Assembly: GCA_902796125.1 (NCBI GenBank)
Contig: CADBNT010000064.1
Coordinates: 698 to 64,697, forward strand
Source: an uncultured Erysipelotrichaceae bacterium
GTDB taxonomy: Bacteria; Bacillota_I; Bacilli_A; RFN20; CAG-826
Length of the DNA: 64,000 bases
Direction: 5' to 3'
Shown here: piece by piece, positions 28,499-38,782 of the stretch
Numbering within the stretch: the first letter of the stretch is position 1
Layout of the letters: each line of letters starts with the position of its first letter
Position numbers and translations under genes: made by a program
The notes under the pieces: model-generated
The model's input: the letters and a program-made list of their open reading frames with translations, nothing else
The model's database searches: none
Told to the model about the DNA's origin: nothing

Positions 28499-29734
28499 TT
28501 AGTCTCTTCTAAGAAGATCTCTTGTATATACTTTGCTCTTTACATCATCCAAAGATGCATCATATCTATTAGCAATAATGACCTTAGAAATCTTCTTAAA
28601 TTCATCAAAGTTTTTAATCACTTTACAGTTGAAGAATTCTTCATCTTTAAGGGTTGGTTCATAGATGACAATCTTCACACCTTTAGCATGTAATCTTTTC
28701 ATAACACCTTGGATTGATGAGGCTCTGAAGTTATCGGAGCCAGATTTCATGGTAAGACGATAGATACCAACAGTGATGTTATCTTTACCATCATTTTTGT
28801 ATCCAGCAAGACGTAAAACTTCATCACAAATAAATTGTTTTCTAGTTCTATTTGATTCAACAATTGCAGAGATCAAATTTTCAGGTACATCTTCGAAGTT
28901 TGCACGTAGCTCTTTTGTATCTTTTGGAAGACAATATCCACCATAGCCAAATGATGGGTTGTTATAGAAATTTCCGATGCGTGGATCAGCACATACTCCA
29001 TTAATAATATCGAGTGTATCCAAACCTTTGGTTTGGGCAAAAGTATCTAACTCATTAAAATAGGCAACGCGAAGGGCCAAATAAGTGTTCGCAAAAAGCT
29101 TCACTGCTTCAGCTTCTGTACAGCCTAAAATATGAATATCAATATCTTTTTTAATAGCCCCTTCTTTAAGTAAATCCGCGAACTCTTTTGCTTTGGATAA
29201 ATATGGCTCTTTTTTCTCTGGAACACCCACCACTATTCTTGATGGATAGAGGTTATCATAAAGAGCTTTTCCTTCTCTTAAAAATTCAGGTGAGAATAAG
29301 AGCTTTTCGTAGCCATATTTTTCTCTAACATATTTAGTAAAACCAACACCAACAGTGGACTTAACAATAATCCAAGCGTTTGGATTTACCTTTTTCACTT
29401 GTTGAATCACAGATTCAACAGAAGATGTATCAAACTTGTTTGTTACAGAATCATAATTTGTTGGAGTTGCAATAACCACTAATTCTGATTCCTTATAAGC
29501 TTTTTCACCGTCTAGCGTTGCTTCTAAATCAAGTTTTTTATTTGCTAAATAATCTTCAATTTCTTTATCGACAATTGGAGACTTTTTATTATTTATTAAT
29601 TCAACTTTTGCTGCGACTACATCAACAGCATATACTTTATTATTTTGAGCAAGGATAATGGCGTTACTTAATCCAACATATCCTGTTCCCGCTACTGCAA
29701 TTTTCATATTAAAACCTCTAAAAAATAATATCAT
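28499..29734 (-). CDS. ugd: UDP-glucose 6-dehydrogenase (nucleotide-sugar dehydrogenase family)
   Basis: N-terminal [23 protein letters not shown]-binding motif and the catalytic GGYCLPKD segment. 411 aa. Confidence 0.85.
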   Translation of the reverse strand: MILFFRGFNMKIAVAGTGYVGLSNAIILAQNNKVYAVDVVAAKVELINNKKSPIVDKEIEDYLANKKLDLEATLDGEKAYKESELVVIATPTNYDSVTNKFDTSSVESVIQQVKKVNPNAWIIVKSTVGVGFTKYVREKYGYEKLLFSPEFLREGKALYDNLYPSRIVVGVPEKKEPYLSKAKEFADLLKEGAIKKDIDIHILGCTEAEAVKLFANTYLALRVAYFNELDTFAQTKGLDTLDIINGVCADPRIGNFYNNPSFGYGGYCLPKDTKELRANFEDVPENLISAIVESNRTRKQFICDEVLRLAGYKNDGKDNITVGIYRLTMKSGSDNFRASSIQGVMKRLHAKGVKIVIYEPTLKDEEFFNCKVIKNFDEFKKISKVIIANRYDASLDDVKSKVYTRDLLRRD

Positions 29735-29743
29735 AATAGCATT

Positions 29744-30511
29744 TTATTTGCTATTAAGAGATTGAAGATTAACAATTTCAAATAAGATTTCATTTTCTAA
29801 GCAATGGTTGATAATGGTGTTTTTATCAAAAACGTTCATAGATGAAGGAATATATACTTTTTTAGGCTTTAATGTAAATAAACTAACATAATCACCAAAG
29901 TGTTTACTATCATCATGCCCATAGATTCTATATTCACATTCGAAATCATATTTCTTTTTCTTACGCAAAAGAGAGTTTGTAACAATATGTACTTTGTTTT
30001 TTCTGCTTAACGTCAATAGCAGATTATCTGAAGCAAATTTATGCCTCTCTTTATTTAATAAATCATCGCCAACCAAGTCAAAATATTCATTTATAAATTC
30101 AGAAAAATCATAAGGATCATCTATATATTGAATTGCTCCATAGTGCAATCTATATGGTATATCCAACCATAATTGATGGTTAATAATCCGCATTATTTCC
30201 CTTTCATCATATTCAAGGCAAAAACCACAATTAGAAGTAAATTTATCCCAAAGTGAAAGAGATTGAGAACTGGCGGGTGGAACAGAAGAAAAGCAAGAAA
30301 GATAATAATGACTGCGACAATTATCGATTAGATGATGCACTACTTGATTGGCAATCAAAATGATTTTATTTTTCTTTAGCCTGTTCTTATCAACAAACCA
30401 ATCCAGTTCTCCTTGATCGTCAAAATATTTAAACAAAGTACCATTGATTTGGTTCTTTATAAAATAATCAATGTTATATCTATTTGCTGACCTGTACTTG
30501 AAAACTTTCAT
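29744..30511 (-). CDS. Hypothetical protein, DUF2971-like N-terminus
   Basis: 255 aa, soluble. Begins MKVFKYRS..., reminiscent of the DUF2971 family often seen in defense islands. No catalytic motif. Confidence 0.4.
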   Translation of the reverse strand: MKVFKYRSANRYNIDYFIKNQINGTLFKYFDDQGELDWFVDKNRLKKNKIILIANQVVHHLIDNCRSHYYLSCFSSVPPASSQSLSLWDKFTSNCGFCLEYDEREIMRIINHQLWLDIPYRLHYGAIQYIDDPYDFSEFINEYFDLVGDDLLNKERHKFASDNLLLTLSRKNKVHIVTNSLLRKKKKYDFECEYRIYGHDDSKHFGDYVSLFTLKPKKVYIPSSMNVFDKNTIINHCLENEILFEIVNLQSLNSK

Positions 30512-30616
30512 GGCAAATTATTATAACACCCACCAAGGAGAGTGGTCTTTTCTGAGAAAAGGCATTCGCTTAAGCCAGTATTAGAAAACAATAACAATCA
30601 CTATTTTGATTAGATG

Positions 30617-30656
30617 TCTTTAACGTGCTGTAATAATCCCTATTAATTTTTGTAGC
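30617..30656. repeat. Left copy of an imperfect direct repeat (TTTAACGTRCTGTAATAATCCC...TTTTTAGC) flanking the 3-gene cassette
   Basis: tctttaacgtgctgtaataatccc at 30617-30640 matches tttttaacgtactgtaataatccc at 36477-36500 in 22 of 24 positions. Both are followed by a T-rich ...tttt(g)tagc segment. Confidence 0.6.
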
Positions 30657-31030
30657 ATATTATTCCGACTGTAACAATCCTAATTAGAGGTGTGTTGAGC
30701 CTATATGCTAAATAATATACATGAACATAAGAATAGTTAAGATTAATGTCTTTTTAAGATGAAATCACATTCTAGTTTTCCAATTCTCCCAACGGATGCT
30801 TCATATCTCTTGGACTTAGCGTATAAATAAACGGTATTTTTAAGCGCGGTTCCACAATTGATCCTACTGTCAGGATTTGTAAATATAGTTAAGATAAATT
30901 GCCAAATAATATTTCTTTTCGTTTTGAAACATCTTTTTTTGGATTTCAAATCAAATCTATCACATTCATAAATAATCTTTTATTTGAAATTAATAATCAT
31001 TCGGACACTGTTCCATCTTAATATGAAATT

Positions 31031-34000
31031 TTATTTTTTTATTTTACTCTTGGCTCGAATTGAGTTTTGAGCATTTGCATTTCCGTTTGTAATTAAATGA
31101 ATAAGTTCACCAGAATTCTTTTCAACCCATTCATAATTATCAAGACAAAATCTTCTTCCAATTAAGGCTGCGCTTCTTAAAACAAACTTATCCTTTTCTG
31201 TTTTTAAACATTTCTTCGTTTCATTAACGAACTCAGTCCTATCTGTTGAAAAAGATAAAAGCATTAATTTCTGAGCTAAATGTACATTGTCTTTGTTCAA
31301 AGAAAGTTGGTTGCGAACAGTTTCTATGATTATTGGATTGCGAACAAATCGAGTGCAAATATCGAAAATTGATAGAATCGAAGCATGTATCTCCCACGCT
31401 ATGGATTGTTTCACATATTGATAAGTTACTTTTGTTTGAGGGATTTTAGATAACTGATCATAAACCCGCACAAAAAGAATATCTAGTTTTTTAATTGTAT
31501 CAGCTAGATAAACATTAATAATGGCATAAGGTAACTTAATCAACATTTCTGCAAGCTGGTTCTTCGCATCTTTCCTTAGAACACTAGAAAAATTATTCAT
31601 GATAGAAGAAATTATCAGCGCTTTATTTAACAAGTCATCCAAGCGTAAAAAAGTTGTTCTGCTAATATCGTAATAAAAGTAATCATCTTTGTGACTCAAA
31701 TGAATCTTTCGATTTTTTTCTTCTTCTAATCCTTGCTTTTCCCTTATTTCATTTCTTTTCTTTTTACTTATCTCCAATGCTTTAAATCCTTCATCATTAT
31801 CATCTAATGCTTTGAAAAACGAATCGAAAGAATCGAATTTCATCTCAGGTTCTTTCATTATTCCATCATATAATTCCTTGATAAAAAACTCTGGAATAGT
31901 TCTAATTTCATAATTTGCAGCAATCGAAAATAAAATCTGAAGATTGATTGGTTTATAAATTCCGTTCTCAATTATTTTCTTCAAATATGTTTCATCCTCA
32001 TAATTATTTTTCTTATACATTGCAAATTTTGAGACGTAATGAGCAAAAGTTTTTCTATTGTAGAAAGAAAGTTCGTCTTTTTCGTTTCTTTTAAGAATTT
32101 CAATTTGTATGAGCATTTCAATAAAAGAATCTATGCTTTTGATTGGAGCTCTACCACCATATTCATCGGCCCTTTCTTTTATAGCTTTTATAAACATATT
32201 TTTATCGATCGTGCTCGTTTGCTTTAAATAAGCATCCATAGCAACAAAAGCTATAATATCCTCAGCTATGTTGCAATCGCAATATTGGTAGCCACCTTCT
32301 TTTAAAGCACGATCAAGCATTACTTTAAGTTTTGTTTGAAATAGTGAGTTTGATGGTGATATTTGATAATTTGCTTTTTTTAAATATGATAATGAAACAT
32401 ATATGATATTTGAAGGATCCATCATATTGTCAACATCCAATTCTTTCAACTTATTCTCAATATTTTGTACATAATTATTAAAATCTAAATTATCAACTAA
32501 AGATGGCGTTGTATCTTTAACATATGAATAGACTTTTTCATAAAGTTTTGCCCGTTTATCGTAAAAGAATGGTTCTATTTCAAAAACCTCAAATTCATAT
32601 TCATTATCATCTTCTTCGCTCGATATAAAATCCTTTGATGATAAAGTTGTATAAATAATAGAGCCAAATAATTTTAAAGCATTTCTGAATAAAATGCGTG
32701 ATCCTTTGATTAGGTTATCAATAATCAGGATTCTCTTCTCTTTTGGGACGCAATAAAAAGAGTCGATATCATTCTTTTCGGCATAAAGTTGTTTTAATTG
32801 CCTTGCTATGCTCGATTCTAAATCGGTTCCCAAATCGTCTCCCTTACAAATTAATGGTAAATATCCTTTCTTTCTATATGCCTCAAAAAGATGTTTGACA
32901 AATTGTGATTTCCCAGAACGCACATCTCCTAATATTTTAGTAACACCATCAGTTGCTCTAGCGGATTCGAAACGCTCAAAAGTTGTTATCGATTCTTGGT
33001 TAGAATACTTCTTATGGCTTAGCTTTGGAAAAACAAATAGTTTTTCAATAGGAACAACTAGATTGTTAACGCCATCAAACACTTCCATGTTGCGCAATTC
33101 TTTTATCCTATCGCTTGCAACAATTTGGCCAAATGATGTTGAAAACTTTCTATGTATACTTGCAATGGAAGAAAACTTAAAAATATATTGGTCGATAGAA
33201 AAAGAATAATAATCTGTTTGAATCTTCTCATCATCAAACAAAACAATCGAGAAACCTGACATGTTATTGCAATCTATAGCGGAGGCCGTGAATTCAAGTA
33301 GTTCAGATTCTTCGTTGATGGTTTTTTCAAGCTGTTCCTTATGAACGTGACCAGTAAAAATTGCATCTATTCTGTTTGATAGATTTGTTTTTATGTAATT
33401 AAGACATTCACTTCTTAAATAATTAATAGGCATATGCATAAGAAGAAAAACATAATCGTTATTTTCGCGAGAAATATCCAAAAATTGATTCCTAATATAG
33501 ATTTTTCCTTTATTCAAATCCATACCTTTGTAGTCCTTGTCAAAAAATGACAATAGCGCATTGTTTAAAGAATAAATACGGACTCTTTCCTCACCAACCA
33601 TACAATCGTAACGCTTCAAAATAGGATTTACATTTTCAAAACTAGGGCATATTCTTTTCTCAAAATCGAAATAATGCTTGTTTAGATAAAGATTATTATT
33701 CATTTCCGTTTCATAATTACTTTTGGTAATGGAAGAAATGTAATTAAGATCACGTTTTTCACCATTATTGAAAAGCCTGTCATGATTTCCCGGACACAAA
33801 GATACCTTTACCCTCTTTTCATTAGAAATATTACTAACCAATTCTCTAATATAATTTTCTGCATATACATATTCACTGCTTTTTCCTGTTTTGGATATAT
33901 CACCAGAAAACAAAATTAAAACATCGCGATATTCTGAATACTTGCTGTTCAATATGTTTGAAATGCTTTTAATTTTCTTTTCTTTGCTTTCAACAACGTC

Positions 34001-34042
34001 TTCAATGTGTAAATCGCTAATATGCAACGTTAATAATTTCAT
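31031..34042 (-). CDS. Large multidomain protein: N-terminal calcineurin-like metallophosphoesterase, central P-loop NTPase, C-terminal helical region
   Basis: Metallophosphoesterase motifs LHISDLHIE (like D-x-H), FSGDISKTG (like GD), and CPGNHD (like GNH[DE]). Walker A GDVRSGKSQ and Walker-B-like RILIIDNL. 1003 aa. The ATGA start overlaps the upstream ATPase gene. Confidence 0.65.
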   Translation of the reverse strand: MKLLTLHISDLHIEDVVESKEKKIKSISNILNSKYSEYRDVLILFSGDISKTGKSSEYVYAENYIRELVSNISNEKRVKVSLCPGNHDRLFNNGEKRDLNYISSITKSNYETEMNNNLYLNKHYFDFEKRICPSFENVNPILKRYDCMVGEERVRIYSLNNALLSFFDKDYKGMDLNKGKIYIRNQFLDISRENNDYVFLLMHMPINYLRSECLNYIKTNLSNRIDAIFTGHVHKEQLEKTINEESELLEFTASAIDCNNMSGFSIVLFDDEKIQTDYYSFSIDQYIFKFSSIASIHRKFSTSFGQIVASDRIKELRNMEVFDGVNNLVVPIEKLFVFPKLSHKKYSNQESITTFERFESARATDGVTKILGDVRSGKSQFVKHLFEAYRKKGYLPLICKGDDLGTDLESSIARQLKQLYAEKNDIDSFYCVPKEKRILIIDNLIKGSRILFRNALKLFGSIIYTTLSSKDFISSEEDDNEYEFEVFEIEPFFYDKRAKLYEKVYSYVKDTTPSLVDNLDFNNYVQNIENKLKELDVDNMMDPSNIIYVSLSYLKKANYQISPSNSLFQTKLKVMLDRALKEGGYQYCDCNIAEDIIAFVAMDAYLKQTSTIDKNMFIKAIKERADEYGGRAPIKSIDSFIEMLIQIEILKRNEKDELSFYNRKTFAHYVSKFAMYKKNNYEDETYLKKIIENGIYKPINLQILFSIAANYEIRTIPEFFIKELYDGIMKEPEMKFDSFDSFFKALDDNDEGFKALEISKKKRNEIREKQGLEEEKNRKIHLSHKDDYFYYDISRTTFLRLDDLLNKALIISSIMNNFSSVLRKDAKNQLAEMLIKLPYAIINVYLADTIKKLDILFVRVYDQLSKIPQTKVTYQYVKQSIAWEIHASILSIFDICTRFVRNPIIIETVRNQLSLNKDNVHLAQKLMLLSFSTDRTEFVNETKKCLKTEKDKFVLRSAALIGRRFCLDNYEWVEKNSGELIHLITNGNANAQNSIRAKSKIKK

Positions 34043-35289
34043 ACCGCTATCTCCTTGTTGCCTTTAAAAAAACTATCATTCAAAAAATAATCTATTCCGG
34101 TTTCATTTGAGCCTGTCAAATCGTAACAGTAAACAATGATTTTGATTGTACCATTATTTAATGAAAGTAAATTGCCTATTTCTCTATCATAATTTGCTGC
34201 CGTTATCGTGTGTGCAACCTGAATGTGATAATCATTGCCATTTAATCGATAATTAAAATCAATCTCACCATCAATTTTATTCTTTTTATTCAAAATGATT
34301 TTTCCTCTAGGATTTATTCCTCTAGAAATCAACTCAAGATATACTGCATTTTCTAAACAATTTGATCTGGCTTTATTTTGATTTTCGCATTTTATATAAC
34401 GGATACCGTTATCGCTAAAATAATATTTCTTATTCAATCCAATGTTTTTTAAAGGAGTTTTCTCATTAAAATCATCTACTTCTATGTATGATGTCAAAAA
34501 TGAATTATCAAAGAATTCTAAAACATCTTCAATATCTTTAATCAGTAACATCATATCAAATTTGGTGTTATCCACTCCCTTTGCGAATCTAAAAGCGACT
34601 TGACTTGGGCTAAACGGCGATGCACTAGATGCTAAAAGCGATAGAATCTCATCGATATGGTTTTTAGAAAGATAATTTAATTTTCCTTCTAATCTATCTC
34701 TAATATCTAGTTGATAAATTTCATTGCAAATTTTGCGTAACTCGGAAACGCGCTTTTCTGGCTCCTCATTGATAATAACTGGCAATCCACCATAAAGCAT
34801 GTATTCTTCGAAGGAATAATCACTCTTGTCTTCAACGATTTCTTTATAAGTTAAGGACCTCAAATAAAGCGGATTTGCTAATTCTTTAAAGTTTTCAACG
34901 ATATCCCAAGAAAGAATATCGCTGTTTGAACCAGAAACATAAAGTGTGATATTTTTGTTATCTTTGACAAAATCAGAAAAAAATTTAACATAACCTTTGA
35001 TGAGTTGAGCTTCATCCACAATCAGAACTTTTATATCGTTTTTTACAAGTTTAAAAACCGCTGAAGTTAATTGAGCTAGTGTTTCAATATTCCTATTCTC
35101 ATCGTTTAGTTTTAAAATGCCGATTTCTTGTTCTAAAGCATAATGATTTTCTATTAAATGCTTTTTAAATAGTTCGGTTAAAAGATATGTTTTTCCAGAT
35201 CTTCTAAGACCAGCAACTATATTCACTTTTCCATTGCCGAGAAAAGAAACAAGTTCATTAATTTCGTTTAATCTCTTAAAATCCGCCAT
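34039..35289 (-). CDS. AAA_14 / DUF4143-family ATPase
   Basis: Walker A AGLRRSGKTYLL, Walker B VLIVDEAQ, and a C-terminal DUF4143-like segment KKYYFSDNGIRY. 416 aa. Confidence 0.75.
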   Translation of the reverse strand: MADFKRLNEINELVSFLGNGKVNIVAGLRRSGKTYLLTELFKKHLIENHYALEQEIGILKLNDENRNIETLAQLTSAVFKLVKNDIKVLIVDEAQLIKGYVKFFSDFVKDNKNITLYVSGSNSDILSWDIVENFKELANPLYLRSLTYKEIVEDKSDYSFEEYMLYGGLPVIINEEPEKRVSELRKICNEIYQLDIRDRLEGKLNYLSKNHIDEILSLLASSASPFSPSQVAFRFAKGVDNTKFDMMLLIKDIEDVLEFFDNSFLTSYIEVDDFNEKTPLKNIGLNKKYYFSDNGIRYIKCENQNKARSNCLENAVYLELISRGINPRGKIILNKKNKIDGEIDFNYRLNGNDYHIQVAHTITAANYDREIGNLLSLNNGTIKIIVYCYDLTGSNETGIDYFLNDSFFKGNKEIAV

Positions 35290-36364
35290 AACCTTTTAAT
35301 CCTTTCTCTAATAAATTTTCTAAACCATAATATGCAATGCCAGTTTTATCAATAATTAACTCCATGTGACCCAAAACAGCAACCATTTGAGGAATGTGTG
35401 TTTTTGTTTTTTTAAATCTTTCAACTATTTCATCATTATCCCCGAAATCTATTTTGATGATGCATTTACGATCAAAATATTCAATCAAGAATCCGCGATT
35501 AAATTCCACTCTTGATTTATATTTGCCTTCAACTGTATCTGCATGGTAAGAAATAGCTCTATTCACCATATAGTTTTCCGAAAACATTTTCGCTACCAGG
35601 AAGGCTTCACATTTAAGCTTGTATTTCTTTTCGTGAGGCAAATCGGTTAAATCTATATCGGAAACGAATGTTGGGTAGAAAACAAAACCTGATGATAGTT
35701 CATCCATATCTTTAACATCAACTCTTTTTAAGAGATAAATCATTCCTAATTTATTCATTAGGTTAATAGTGTCGACATAGAACATTAGTCTTCTATCAAT
35801 TGATTTGGTTTGCTCTAAAACATGTCTAAAAGATAAAACTTCACCACTATGATTAACTAGATACTTATAAAGTTCAATGGCGGCATCCTTGGCACCATAA
35901 TTCTCTAAAGGTTTTATGTGATAATCTTCACTCTTTATATCATCACCATAAAGCATTGGTGCTAAAAAGAATCTAATATATCTTCCACGAACCTGCGTAT
36001 CTTTATTTTTTAATTTATAAGAGACTTCAATATCGCTTGTAATAATTCCATCAATATTATTCTTTCCATAGAAAACATTAATTATTGCCTCTGGATAATA
36101 GAAGAAGAATAAATCATGAATAAGCACCACTGCTCTATTGTCTTTACAAAAATCAATGATATCAGCAAGTCTTCCTAAAATATTTCTGTCAGAATATTTC
36201 TCTGGATAAAATTCAAAGAACAAGCAATTATTAATTTTACCTTTAATTGCTTCTTTAACTTCACCAAGTAAATAATTACCTGCTTCGGTTTCCCTGTTGC
36301 AAGTTATGACCTTGGCTTTGCCATTACCGAGATTATCTAAAATATTGAGCGTTAATCTTTTCAT
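35276..36364 (-). CDS. Hypothetical protein, first gene of the repeat-flanked cassette
   Basis: 362 aa, soluble, with no motif I recognise. It overlaps the ATPase gene by 14 nt, so they are translationally coupled. Confidence 0.5.
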   Translation of the reverse strand: MKRLTLNILDNLGNGKAKVITCNRETEAGNYLLGEVKEAIKGKINNCLFFEFYPEKYSDRNILGRLADIIDFCKDNRAVVLIHDLFFFYYPEAIINVFYGKNNIDGIITSDIEVSYKLKNKDTQVRGRYIRFFLAPMLYGDDIKSEDYHIKPLENYGAKDAAIELYKYLVNHSGEVLSFRHVLEQTKSIDRRLMFYVDTINLMNKLGMIYLLKRVDVKDMDELSSGFVFYPTFVSDIDLTDLPHEKKYKLKCEAFLVAKMFSENYMVNRAISYHADTVEGKYKSRVEFNRGFLIEYFDRKCIIKIDFGDNDEIVERFKKTKTHIPQMVAVLGHMELIIDKTGIAYYGLENLLEKGLKGYGGF

Positions 36365-36476
36365 AGTTCTATTATATTATTTTTTTACAAAATTTCAACT
36401 TTTATTATGGTTTGTATTATTTTAGTTAATCTTTTTGCCATAACACTTTTAATATTTTTGCATTTTTGTCACGGTA

Positions 36477-36512
36477 TTTTTAACGTACTGTAATAATCCC
36501 AACTTTTTTAGC
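36477..36512. repeat. Right copy of the direct repeat
   Basis: See the left copy. It sits in the 235-nt intergenic region upstream of the 362-aa gene. Confidence 0.6.
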
Positions 36513-36598
36513 TATTTCAAATAGTTCCGATGGACTCAGTCCAATATCGCAATTATTCTACAAAATTCTGTGTAATACTACTAGGTGATAATAATGTG

Positions 36599-37876
36599 CT
36601 AGCAGCTTTTGAAATCGCGCACCTTAACAACGAATAACGAACTATACAAAGTTGGGCTGCCCGTTTTAAATCCAACAACTTGTACATAATGATTTCCATT
36701 ATATGATGTGTGTTCTTCTCTAATTAATCTAGAAGAAGGACTTATTTCAACATTTGATTCTTCGCAGCCGCCCCTCAATTGGTTTGCAATTCTAGCTTCG
36801 TATCCGGCGTTAGAAATAACAAATTTAAAATCATAGCCTGAATAGAATGAACTTTTATTTATTTCAAATCTTAAATACGTTTCTTTATCTACTGTATCAC
36901 CGCTTTGAACAGTCGTAGAAGTTCCTTTTATGTGACAAGATAATGATAGTAAAGGTGACTGAATTTGATAATTAAGTAGATTTGAGTGTTGTTTGGCATT
37001 TTTTTGATATGCCTCAGCGATTCTTGTTTCTAAATCATTAATTGAAGAATTTGAAATCAAATAATTAATAACAAGATGTTCATCATCGGTTAGTAAAACT
37101 TCATATAAATTTTTTATAAACTCTCGGATTGTAAAGAATTCACTATTACTATGTATGTCCATGATATTGTTTCCATTTGGATTCGCCGGATCATATATTT
37201 TTGTGATACCTATTTCAAAATAATGTTTAGAGAATTCGATTAATTTTTCCACTAATGATGAATTGTCATCCAAGCAAGGTTCCACAACATCAACTGCAAA
37301 AATCTCTAAAAAGAATGATTTAAAAGCAAAGTTATGAGTTTTTCTTAAAATTTTTATTATTCTAACTACATCTTTCATTTTTGAAGACTGTATCTTTTTT
37401 ATTTGTTTTTCTGGATTACTCTTCAATCTCGAATCATCTTTATTGCAATATAAATAAACATCTTTTTCGTCACCACCACTTGAATATTTACCAGGAACAA
37501 CATCAACGGAAATGTCTTCCCAAATTCTGTAGTCTTTACCATAAACTAGAATCGCACTATTTTTCTTTTGAATTAAATACCCGGCTTTAGTTAACGCAGA
37601 TGCGATACCATTATAAATATCGCGAACTGATAATTGGGTGTCGCTTTCAAAATAAACAAGCAAATCTATATCGCAACTATCTTTATTAGCGGTTCCTTTA
37701 GCTAGAGAACCACCATAGCGATAATTTGGCTTGGCATCAAACCCTTCATTTATTGCCGATTCGATAGGATCACGGATGACGTTTTTAAAATGTTCCCAAA
37801 GGCCATCTTTAATTTGGTGTTTTGATAATAATTCTTTAAATATTGCATCAGTCAGCATATTAAATAGTCTTCGCAA
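36599..37876 (-). CDS. Pol-beta-superfamily nucleotidyltransferase, SMODS / CD-NTase-like
   Basis: GGSLAKGTANKDSCDIDLLVYF contains the GS...DxD nucleotidyltransferase signature. A downstream acidic DISVDVVP and a KSFFLEIF helix are reminiscent of cGAS/DncV-like enzymes. 425 aa. Confidence 0.55.
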   Translation of the reverse strand: MRRLFNMLTDAIFKELLSKHQIKDGLWEHFKNVIRDPIESAINEGFDAKPNYRYGGSLAKGTANKDSCDIDLLVYFESDTQLSVRDIYNGIASALTKAGYLIQKKNSAILVYGKDYRIWEDISVDVVPGKYSSGGDEKDVYLYCNKDDSRLKSNPEKQIKKIQSSKMKDVVRIIKILRKTHNFAFKSFFLEIFAVDVVEPCLDDNSSLVEKLIEFSKHYFEIGITKIYDPANPNGNNIMDIHSNSEFFTIREFIKNLYEVLLTDDEHLVINYLISNSSINDLETRIAEAYQKNAKQHSNLLNYQIQSPLLSLSCHIKGTSTTVQSGDTVDKETYLRFEINKSSFYSGYDFKFVISNAGYEARIANQLRGGCEESNVEISPSSRLIREEHTSYNGNHYVQVVGFKTGSPTLYSSLFVVKVRDFKSC

Positions 37877-38657
37877 TCTTAAACGTTTTCAAATTCAAAG
37901 AGAAAGCATACTCATTGTTTAAATACTCATAAACAATAATTTCTGGATGTCTTTCTTCAATGGCTGTTCCAACAACAAAAGAGACAGGTTGTTTTGCAGA
38001 AATATACATATTTATTCTTTTAATATTTCTTGTTTGTGACCACACTAACACAGATTCTACAAATTGATATACCTTTTGCAAATATTTATTATCAATTTTA
38101 TTATTTGTTAATTCTTCGAATTCGAACGTTTTTAAAGATGCATTATATTTTGAAGGCGAAATCTTATATGTACTTGAAATAACTATATTGATTTCATTTC
38201 CAACTAAAACATCGCCACATTCGATTTCAGCGGGACTATTGCTTGATTTTTTTGAATAAAGAATTGAATAATATGAGTTTTTATTATTGTCATAGCAAAT
38301 TAAATCTAATTTAGTTGTATTACCAATTTCCATTCCATCAAAAACAGCAAACATTGGTGAAACAAATCCGCCATAAGTAAAATCAATGTTTTCTTTAAGA
38401 TTTCTTTTTATTTGAAATAACCTATACTGCATCTTCTTAAAATGTGTTCGATACATTTTATAACTTGTGGGTAAATTCTTGCCTAAAACAATGACTTTTG
38501 AATCTTTAACATTAATACATTTGCTACGGCACGCTTCTTCCAAGTTAAAAGACTTTTTGTTTGAATTAAGATAAACTATGCTTTTGTTTTTCCAAAAAAT
38601 GGCAGTTATACATGCCCAAATCTTTTTAAAAATAAATAATCCCGTTTCTAAAGTCAT
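37860..38657 (-). CDS. Hypothetical protein with an N-terminal hydrophobic helix and a beta-strand-rich C-terminus; candidate effector partner of the NTase
   Basis: 265 aa. The N-terminus GLFIFKKIWACITAIFW is hydrophobic. The C-terminal half alternates hydrophobic and polar residues (IVISSTYKISP, VSFVVGTAIEE, IIVYEYLNNEYAFSLNL). Its 3' end overlaps the NTase start by 17 nt. Confidence 0.45.
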   Translation of the reverse strand: MTLETGLFIFKKIWACITAIFWKNKSIVYLNSNKKSFNLEEACRSKCINVKDSKVIVLGKNLPTSYKMYRTHFKKMQYRLFQIKRNLKENIDFTYGGFVSPMFAVFDGMEIGNTTKLDLICYDNNKNSYYSILYSKKSSNSPAEIECGDVLVGNEINIVISSTYKISPSKYNASLKTFEFEELTNNKIDNKYLQKVYQFVESVLVWSQTRNIKRINMYISAKQPVSFVVGTAIEERHPEIIVYEYLNNEYAFSLNLKTFKIAKTI

Positions 38658-38782
38658 GTAATCTCCGTTTTTTATATTATAAAAGAACTAAAGAAGGCAT
38701 ACCACAAAAACAAACGAAACAATCTACTTTCGCTTCTCTCTTTTTTGATGGATTTATAGACACAAAAGGAACAGGCGCCACT

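Noticed and set aside
30743-30949. 68-aa ORF between the 1003-aa gene and the left direct repeat
   Set aside because: Basic, low-complexity, with no RBS or motif. Probably non-coding spacer.
31031-34042. Considered an SbcCD (Mre11/Rad50-like) fusion for the MPE–ATPase protein
   Set aside because: Walker A lies about 375 aa in, not at the N-terminus. There is no long coiled-coil and no Rad50 signature or zinc-hook. The layout fits effector–NTPase–helical sensor better. Still unproven.
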